Below are positions 8,580 to 15,001 of a DNA stretch of 15,001 nt, piece by piece. Made by a program: the position numbers and the translations under genes. How positions within the stretch are numbered: position 1 is the stretch's first letter; every line of letters starts with the position of its first letter. This DNA comes from an uncultured Gemmatimonadota bacterium (GTDB lineage: Bacteria; SM23-81): assembly GCA_964584035.1 (NCBI GenBank), contig CAZOYL010000059.1, positions 1-15,001 on the forward strand. Reading direction: 5' to 3'. The notes under the pieces are model-generated. The model was not told the origin of the DNA. It saw only the letters and a list, made by a program, of their open reading frames with translations, and searched no databases.

Positions 8580-9065
8580 ATGCACTATAAGACAATACCC
8601 ATGGGCCGTCATAAGAAGATCGCCCTGGTGGCCCACGACAACAAGAAGCGGGAGCTGATCGAATGGGTTCAGTATAACCGCTCTCTGTTGAGGGGCCACA
8701 AGATATACGCCACCGGAACGACCGGCAAGCTGCTGGAGGCGGAGCTGGAGATAGAGATCACCAAGTTCCAGAGCGGTCCCCTTGGCGGGGACCTGCAGGT
8801 TGGGGCCAAGATCGCTGAGGGGGAGATCGATTTTCTGGTCTTCTTCTGGGACCCGCTGGAGCCTCATCCTCATGATCCGGACGTCAAAGCCCTGCTGCGC
8901 ATGGTGGTGGTGTGGAACATCCCCATCGCCTGCAACCGCTCCTCGGCCGATTTCATGATCTCCTCTCCCCTGATGGATGAGGACTACGACCGCATCATCC
9001 CCGATTACGATCAGTACCGCAAACGGAGAGTACGATCGCTGGAAAAGGAAGAGCTTTCGGATTGA
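8580..9065 (+). CDS. mgsA: Methylglyoxal synthase
   Basis: ATG 8580 follows AAGGAG (8569-8574). Signature motifs: [55 protein letters not shown]. Confidence 0.97.
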   Translation: MHYKTIPMGRHKKIALVAHDNKKRELIEWVQYNRSLLRGHKIYATGTTGKLLEAELEIEITKFQSGPLGGDLQVGAKIAEGEIDFLVFFWDPLEPHPHDPDVKALLRMVVVWNIPIACNRSSADFMISSPLMDEDYDRIIPDYDQYRKRRVRSLEKEELSD

Positions 9066-9114
9066 TCATCCTTCGTGCCGCCCGCGGCATACACTTCCCA
9101 CAGGAATCGTATCC

Positions 9115-11154
9115 ATGATCAACACACGGACGACCTCTCATGTTTCTGTTTTCACGATGGTCTTCATCTGGGCCGTTCTCGCTCCCCTGACCTACGCCCA
9201 GCCCTGGCAGCAGAACGACCTGATTTTCAATCCCAGCGGGATCCCATCGCTGCCCTTCTCCCAACCCCGCCTGGCCGACCTGGACGCCGACGGCGACTTC
9301 GACCTGATCCTGGGCAGCATCGATGACCCGCCGCTCTATTTTGAGAACATCGGAAGCGCCGGCAGCCCGTCATTCGGGGCCGGGCCGGACATCTTCAGCC
9401 CCGTTTCCTCCCTCGATGCCGAGATGGGCGTCTGCGCCGACCTGGACGCCGACGGCGACCTGGACCTGGTCACCGGCGGCTACACCGGTTTGCATCTGTA
9501 CGAAAATGTGGGCGATTCCACGCTGCCCGAATTCGAGGAGATCGAGGAGTTCTTCGGCGAGCTGTCCGTCGGCTCCAATCCGGCGCCCACCCTGGCCGAT
9601 CTGGATGCCGACGGCGATCCGGATCTGCTGGTGGGCCTCAGCGAGGATGGCTCGCTGGTCTACTACCCCAACAGCGGCACGCCCGACTCGGCCGCGTTTC
9701 TGGAAGCCCAATCCCAGACCTGGTACGATATCGGACTCTACGCCTACCCCTGGCTCGCCGACCTCGACAACGATGCCGATGTCGATCTGCTGGCGGGTCG
9801 CGACGGAACCGGGTTCTACTACTATCGCAACGATGGGGACTCCAGCAGCTGGCTGTGGCAGCCGGACAATACCGTTTTCGCCGGCCTGGCCTCAGCGACC
9901 TACTGGAACTCGCCCTGTCTGATCGATCTGTCCGGAGACGGCAAAAAGGACCTGATTTACGGCACCGCCGCCGGGCCGCTGAACTATTATGTCAACACCG
10001 GTACTCCTTCCTCCCCCATCTGGACGGTCAACACCGCTCTGTTCGGCGGCGTGCTGGATGTGGGCGCGGCCAGCTCGCCGTTCCTGTTCGATTTCGACGG
10101 CGACGGCGATCTGGACCTGGTCAGCGGCAGTCAGCTGGGCGATATCAAGTATTATGAAAATATCGGACTGGCATCGGCCCCGGCCTGGGAGCCTCATCAT
10201 GACCGATTTGCCGCCATCGATCATTCCATCTATTCGGCCGTCACCCTGGGCGATACGGATGGGGATTCGCTTCCCGACGCCGTGGTCGGAGACACCGGGG
10301 GCCAGCTTTTTTTCCACAGAAATACGGGCACCAGTTTCAGCTACGACGGCTCGGTCTTCGCCGGCATCGATCTGGGCTATTCCTCGGTTCCGAGACTGGT
10401 CGACATGGACAGCGACGGCGACCTGGACATCGTGGCCGGCAACGAGGACGGCAACCTGTTCTATTTTCAGAATACCGGCTCCAGCGACTCGGCCGCCTGG
10501 GTCGAGGTGCCGGGAACCTTCGGCGGGATCGACGTCGGCAGCTATTGTGTGCCCACCGTCGGTGACCTCGACGATGATGGAGATATGGACATCATCACCG
10601 GCGATATTTCTCACGAGATACAATTCTTCGAGAACGTCGGCGGTACCTGGGTGGAGGATGACTCTGTGGTGGCCGGCATGACCGCCGGTCAGAATGCCGC
10701 GCCGGCCTTCGGCGATATGGACGATGATGGTGACCTCGATCTGATCATCGGCAATTATGATGGTACCTTCAACTATTATCGGAACTTGTCCGTCCAGGAT
10801 TCGGTGCCGCCCGAGGCGGTCACGGACCTGACGGTCTCACTGGCCGGGGACGCACTCCTGCTGCAGTGGTCGGCGGTGACCGCAGATACGGCGGGAGGAC
10901 CGGAAACGGTCCAGCGCTATCTCGTCTATCGGGGCGAGGCGGCGGATTTCGTGCCGACCATCGCGGAATCCCTCGGGTCCACCCCCGGCATCACCTTCGC
11001 CGACAGCGTTTCCTTCGGCCTGGAGGTCAACTATTTTTATCTGCTCAAGGCAGTGGACACCGCCGGCAACAGATCGGCGGAATCGTCCCGGGCGGGAGAG
11101 TTCGACCGTGAGCTGCTGCCGCTGAATCGTTCATCCGGGAAGGCACCGCGATAG
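9115..11154 (+). CDS. Secreted FG-GAP/VCBS-repeat protein (10 DxDxDGDxD repeats) with C-terminal fibronectin-III-like domain
   Basis: Within ORF 8977..11154. ATG 9115 follows ACAGGA. The signal peptide ends ...LAPLTYA/QPWQQ. There are ten Ca-binding-type D-x-D-x-D-G-D-x-D repeats, each followed by a Y-x-N-x-G type motif. C-terminus: PPEAVTDL...LQWSAV...YLVYRG...YFYLLKAVDTAGNRS. Confidence 0.9.
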   Translation: MINTRTTSHVSVFTMVFIWAVLAPLTYAQPWQQNDLIFNPSGIPSLPFSQPRLADLDADGDFDLILGSIDDPPLYFENIGSAGSPSFGAGPDIFSPVSSLDAEMGVCADLDADGDLDLVTGGYTGLHLYENVGDSTLPEFEEIEEFFGELSVGSNPAPTLADLDADGDPDLLVGLSEDGSLVYYPNSGTPDSAAFLEAQSQTWYDIGLYAYPWLADLDNDADVDLLAGRDGTGFYYYRNDGDSSSWLWQPDNTVFAGLASATYWNSPCLIDLSGDGKKDLIYGTAAGPLNYYVNTGTPSSPIWTVNTALFGGVLDVGAASSPFLFDFDGDGDLDLVSGSQLGDIKYYENIGLASAPAWEPHHDRFAAIDHSIYSAVTLGDTDGDSLPDAVVGDTGGQLFFHRNTGTSFSYDGSVFAGIDLGYSSVPRLVDMDSDGDLDIVAGNEDGNLFYFQNTGSSDSAAWVEVPGTFGGIDVGSYCVPTVGDLDDDGDMDIITGDISHEIQFFENVGGTWVEDDSVVAGMTAGQNAAPAFGDMDDDGDLDLIIGNYDGTFNYYRNLSVQDSVPPEAVTDLTVSLAGDALLLQWSAVTADTAGGPETVQRYLVYRGEAADFVPTIAESLGSTPGITFADSVSFGLEVNYFYLLKAVDTAGNRSAESSRAGEFDRELLPLNRSSGKAPR

Positions 11155-12879
11155 TACCCGGCACACTCGCTCGGCGGCGATGAGCATCTCTGGACCAGGA
11201 GAGATATGGTGAACAGCAGAGTCCACCGATTCGGCCGGCCCTTTGTGGGCCTTCTGTGTGTGTTTTTCATCCCCGCTTCGTGGAGCAGCGCCCAGCCCTG
11301 GCAGCAGAATGACCTGATCTTCAACCCCAGCGGCATTCCCTCGGTATCCTTCTCTCAGCCCCGCCTGGCCGACCTGGACGCCGACGGCGACCTGGACCTG
11401 ATCCTGGGCAGCATCGATCTGGCACCGCTCTATTTCGAGAACACCGGCACGCCCACGGCGCCCGCCTTTCAGGCCGGTCCGGATCTTTTCGCCCCCGTCT
11501 CCGCACTGGACGCCGAGATGGGCGTCTGTGCCGATCTGGACGCCGACGGCGACCTGGATCTGATCACCGGCGGCTACACCGGACTGCATTTTTTCGAGAA
11601 CACGGGCGATTCCTCGCTGGCCCAGTTCGCAGAGATCGAGAACTTCTTCCAGGGTCTGAACGTTTCTTCCAACCCGGTGCCCACCTTTGCCGATATGGAC
11701 GCCGACGGCGACGCGGACCTGCTGGTCGGCCTGAGCGAAAGCGGCCAGTTGAACTTCTACCCCAACCTGGGCCGGCCCGACTCGGCCGTCTTTCTCCAGT
11801 CTCAAGCCCAGTTCTGGTACGACGTCGGTCTCTATGCCTATCCCTGGCTCGCCGATCTGGACAACGACGCCGACTTCGATCTGCTGACCGGCCGTGACGC
11901 CACCCGGTTCTACTATTACCGCAATATCGGCAACTCTACCGGCTGGCTGTGGCAATCGGACAATGTCACTTTCGCCGGCCAGGCCTCAGCAACCTACTGG
12001 AACTCCCCCTGTATAGTAGATCTCTCCGGGGACGGTTTGAAGGATCTGATCTACGGCACCGCCGACGGACCGTTGAATTATTATGTCAACACCGGCAGCC
12101 CGTCCTCTCCGGTCTGGACGGAGCAGTTCAGCCTGTTCGGCGGCGTTCTGGACGCCGGCGGGGCCAGCTCCCCGTTTCTGTTCGATTTCGACGGCGACGG
12201 CGATCTGGACCTGGTCAGCGGCAGCCAGCTGGGCGACATCAAGTATTATGAAAATGTCGGCACGGTATCGGCGCCGGCCTGGGAACCTCACCACGGCCGG
12301 TTTGCCGCCATCGACCATTCCATCTACTCGGCCATCACCCTGGGCGACACGGATGGGGATTCACTCGCCGACGCGGTGGTCGGCGACCTCAGCGGCCAGC
12401 TCTTTTTCCACGGCCAAACCCCCACAGGTTTTCTTTACGACGCCTCGGTCTTCGCCGGCATCGACCTGGGGAATACCTCTGTGCCCCGGCTGGTGGACAC
12501 CGATGCCGACGGGGATCTGGACCTGGTGGCCGGCAACGAGGACGGCCATCTGTTCTATTTTGATAATTCGGGCACCGCCGACTCGGCCGCCTGGATCGAG
12601 ATCCCCGGATTCTTCGGGGACATCGATGTGGGCAGCCACTGTTCTCCCAGCCCGGGGGATTTCGACGGCGACGGGGACATCGACCTGTTCACCGGCGATC
12701 TTTTCCATGAGGTTCAATATTTCGAGAATATCGGCGGCGCCTGGGTGGAAGACGCCTCTGCTGTCGCCGGCATCTCGGCCGGACAGAACGCCGCGCCCGC
12801 CCTGGGCGATATCGACGGAGACGGCGATCTCGATCTGGCCGTCGGCAATTACGATGGCACCTTCAACTACTTCGAGAAT
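9196..12879 (+). repeat. Tandem gene duplication: 9196-10785 vs 11290-12879
   Basis: Matching anchors at 9196/11290, 9901/11995, 10084/12178 and 10771/12865 all give an offset of 2094 bp. Confidence 0.93.
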
Positions 12880-13203
12880 ATCCACCCCACCTTCGTCCGG
12901 CCGGCCGATAGAGACGACCGGCCGATCACATTCGAGATCGTCTCAGCTCACCCCAATCCCTTCAACGGCGCCACCACCCTCAGTGGAACGGCTCCGGGGG
13001 ACGGGCGTCTGGAGCTGCGCATCTATAACATCCTGGGACAGCAGGTCTGCCGCCGGTCGATCGACCGTATCCCGGCCGGGCCCTTTTCCATCCGGGTGGA
13101 ACTGCCCGATCATCTGGCCACCGGTGTGTATCCGTATGCGGTGACCTATACCGATCTGTACGGTGTTTCCCGCCATACGGGAAAGCTGGTCTATTTGAAA
13201 TAA
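11206..13203 (+). CDS. Secreted FG-GAP/VCBS-repeat protein with T9SS type A (Por secretion)-like C-terminal sorting domain
   Basis: SD AGGAG at 11197-11201. The signal peptide ends ...ASWSSA/QPWQQ, followed by ten FG-GAP-like repeats. C-terminus: AHPNPFNGATT...LRIYNILGQQV...LATGVYPY...GKLVYLK-stop, the PNPFN/IYNILG/GVY/KL pattern of T9SS CTDs. Confidence 0.92.
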   Translation: MVNSRVHRFGRPFVGLLCVFFIPASWSSAQPWQQNDLIFNPSGIPSVSFSQPRLADLDADGDLDLILGSIDLAPLYFENTGTPTAPAFQAGPDLFAPVSALDAEMGVCADLDADGDLDLITGGYTGLHFFENTGDSSLAQFAEIENFFQGLNVSSNPVPTFADMDADGDADLLVGLSESGQLNFYPNLGRPDSAVFLQSQAQFWYDVGLYAYPWLADLDNDADFDLLTGRDATRFYYYRNIGNSTGWLWQSDNVTFAGQASATYWNSPCIVDLSGDGLKDLIYGTADGPLNYYVNTGSPSSPVWTEQFSLFGGVLDAGGASSPFLFDFDGDGDLDLVSGSQLGDIKYYENVGTVSAPAWEPHHGRFAAIDHSIYSAITLGDTDGDSLADAVVGDLSGQLFFHGQTPTGFLYDASVFAGIDLGNTSVPRLVDTDADGDLDLVAGNEDGHLFYFDNSGTADSAAWIEIPGFFGDIDVGSHCSPSPGDFDGDGDIDLFTGDLFHEVQYFENIGGAWVEDASAVAGISAGQNAAPALGDIDGDGDLDLAVGNYDGTFNYFENIHPTFVRPADRDDRPITFEIVSAHPNPFNGATTLSGTAPGDGRLELRIYNILGQQVCRRSIDRIPAGPFSIRVELPDHLATGVYPYAVTYTDLYGVSRHTGKLVYLK

Positions 13204-13302
13204 GCATCGCGGTCATCGTTTGTGGCCCCGCCCGTGCGCCGCACGCCCTCAAAACACTCAAATGCATCAAGAGGTTGTCTCAGAAAGAGAGTGAGCCATC
13301 AG

Positions 13303-14394
13303 ATGAAAAAGAAACCGGCCCTGTTTCTGATCCTGATCCTCTCCGCTCTGATCGGCGGGGGAAGCGCGCTGCAGGCAACGGTCATTGCCCAGGAAAATGA
13401 AGAGGTCCTCTGGCACGACGCCCGGTCGCTGACCATCGAGGGAAAAGGCTGGACCGATACCGCATCGGACTATGATCGCTTGCCGGCCAGGGCCAGGGAT
13501 ATCGTCAGAGAGGCGGTCTGGAACCTCAGCCGCCACAGCGCCGGGCTGCGCATCCGGTTCACCTCGGATGCCACATTCATCACCGTGCGCTGGACCCTGA
13601 TCAAGGAGGACCTGGCCCTGCCGCACATGCCGGCCACGGGCGTCAGCGGCATCGACCTGTATGCCCGGGCTGAAGATGGCAGATGGATCTTCGTGGCCAA
13701 CGGGCGCCCCACGGGATTGTCCAGTGAGGCCGAGTTCAAGCTGCCGGAAAGTAACGAGTACGCCCTCTATCTGCCGTTGTACAACGGCGTCAGCCGGGTG
13801 GAGCTGGGCGCTTACAAGACCAGAACCTTTCAGCGATCAGAACCCTCGGCCGATGAGCGGAAAAAGTTGGTCGTCTTCTACGGCACATCGATCACCCAGG
13901 GCGCCTGCGCCTCGCGCCCGGGAATGGCCTCCACGGCCATCGCCGGCCGCCGGCTGGATGTGCCCGTCATCAACCTGGGCTTCTCCGGGAACGGCCGCAT
14001 GGAGCCGGAGATGGCTCGATTGCTGGGCGAGCTCGACCCGTCCGTGTACGTGCTCGACTGCCTGTGGAACATGACCCCCGAGATGGTCTCCGAACGGGTC
14101 GAGCCGTTCGTCAAGATCCTGCGCGAGACCCGTCCCGGCACACCCATCGTCCTGGTGGAAGATGCTCACTTCATGAACCACCCCACTCAGGACGGCACCA
14201 TCCTGCGGGACATCTTCGAGCGGTTAAAAGCTCAGGGCGACGAGCACCTTCATCTGTTGCCCAATACCGGCATGCTGGGCTCCGACACCGAGGGAACTGT
14301 GGATGGCTGTCATCCCAACGACCTGGGCATGATGCGCCAGGCGCTGGTCTTCGAGGAATTTTTAAGGCCGCTGCTGTCAGCACGAACCAAATGA
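13303..14394 (+). CDS. SGNH/GDSL-family hydrolase with N-terminal GxDLY domain, secreted
   Basis: ATG 13303 opens a signal peptide, MKKKPALFLILILSALIGGGSALQA. Motifs: YDRLP, HSAGL, SGIDLY, YLPLYNG, YGTSITQG (catalytic Ser), NLGFSGNG, DGCHPNDLG (DxxH). Confidence 0.92.
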   Translation: MKKKPALFLILILSALIGGGSALQATVIAQENEEVLWHDARSLTIEGKGWTDTASDYDRLPARARDIVREAVWNLSRHSAGLRIRFTSDATFITVRWTLIKEDLALPHMPATGVSGIDLYARAEDGRWIFVANGRPTGLSSEAEFKLPESNEYALYLPLYNGVSRVELGAYKTRTFQRSEPSADERKKLVVFYGTSITQGACASRPGMASTAIAGRRLDVPVINLGFSGNGRMEPEMARLLGELDPSVYVLDCLWNMTPEMVSERVEPFVKILRETRPGTPIVLVEDAHFMNHPTQDGTILRDIFERLKAQGDEHLHLLPNTGMLGSDTEGTVDGCHPNDLGMMRQALVFEEFLRPLLSARTK

Positions 14395-14429
14395 TGAGCG
14401 CCGGGCGGACGAACAAAGGAGACTCTCGC

Positions 14430-14948
14430 ATGAGACGATCGCGGCGACACGAGAACGAGAATAGAGCAGATCTGGCCGGAGAATATCGCTGGGGAGACAT
14501 AGGTCAGATGATCTTCGCTGTTCTATTCATCCTGGTCTGGATCATCGACACATTCATCCTGAAATACACCACCTTCCTGAACGATATCGTGCCCGTGGCC
14601 GTCAGGGTTCCGCTGGCCGTGGTCTTTTTCATCCTGTCTGCGTATTTGTCCTTTCGCGGTCTGTCGATCGTCTTCGGCGAGGTCCGAGAGCAACCCGCCG
14701 TCATCCACAAAGGCGTCTTCGGCCGGGTCCGGCACCCCATTTACCTGGGCGAGATCCTGCTGTATCTCGGCTTTCTGGCCCTGAACATCTCTCTGGCGGC
14801 GGCCGTTGTCTGGCTGCTGGCCATCGGTTTTCTGCATTACCTGTCCTGCTATGAGGAGCGCCTCCTGCTGGCTCGCTTCGGCGATGAGTACCGCCAGTAT
14901 ATGCAGGAGGTTCCCATGTGGATACCGGGGATGCAGGGAACGCGGTGA
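14430..14948 (+). CDS. Isoprenylcysteine carboxyl methyltransferase (ICMT/PEMT/Ste14) family membrane protein
   Basis: ATG 14430 follows AAGGAG (14416-14421). Several TM segments. Motifs: GVFGRVRHPIYLG and EERLLLARFGDEYRQYMQEVPMWIP. Confidence 0.9.
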   Translation: MRRSRRHENENRADLAGEYRWGDIGQMIFAVLFILVWIIDTFILKYTTFLNDIVPVAVRVPLAVVFFILSAYLSFRGLSIVFGEVREQPAVIHKGVFGRVRHPIYLGEILLYLGFLALNISLAAAVVWLLAIGFLHYLSCYEERLLLARFGDEYRQYMQEVPMWIPGMQGTR

Positions 14949-15001
14949 CCATCGCTCCGCGAATGACGAGAATCCCCTGAGATACTGCCCCGGCCGTTTC
15001 C

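Noticed and set aside
8977..9114. Upstream extensions of ORFs at 8977, 8493, 3414 and 13222
   Set aside because: The downstream ATGs (9115, 8580, 3537, 13303) have SD-like sequences and/or open directly into signal peptides or the family N-terminus. The extensions overlap neighbours or look non-coding.
11186..11205. ATCTCT/AGAGAT inverted repeat overlapping the SD of the second FG-GAP gene
   Set aside because: It is only 6 bp with most of the SD in the loop, too weak to call regulatory.
9270..12850. Recurring GACCTGGACGCCGACGGCGAC-like DNA repeats that could look like a CRISPR array
   Set aside because: They are in-frame codons for the DxDxDGD protein repeats, degenerate at third positions and ~150 nt apart. 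No cas genes are present.
14064..14429. 122-codon N-terminal extension of the ICMT-family ORF
   Set aside because: It overlaps the SGNH gene in another frame with low-complexity Arg/Pro/His sequence. A good SD supports ATG 14430.

Overview
GC-rich bacterial chromosomal segment with 11 genes, all on the + strand. No rRNA, tRNA, CRISPR array or mobile element is visible. In order: a 5'-truncated AlkD-like DNA alkylation repair gene, a small 3-TM membrane protein, a CBM9-like/DUF5916 protein, a ~1259-aa secreted multidomain protein of unknown function, a YbaK/ProX-family aminoacyl-tRNA deacylase, a lipoprotein, methylglyoxal synthase (mgsA), two tandem paralogous FG-GAP/VCBS-repeat proteins, a GxDLY-SGNH hydrolase and an ICMT/PEMT-family membrane methyltransferase. 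A T9SS-type C-terminal domain suggests an FCB-superphylum organism (inference). Three observations stand out. (1) The FG-GAP pair shares a collinear ~530-aa body at a constant 2094-bp offset but has unrelated C-terminal modules: a T9SS-like CTD on one, and an FnIII-like 'GEFD' domain on the other that may be an alternative sorting or anchoring module. (2) The ~220-nt leader before the ybaK-like gene has mutually exclusive pairings that could hide or expose the Shine-Dalgarno. (3) The large secreted protein ends in an unexplained helical domain. All family assignments are from motif recognition by eye, without database searches.
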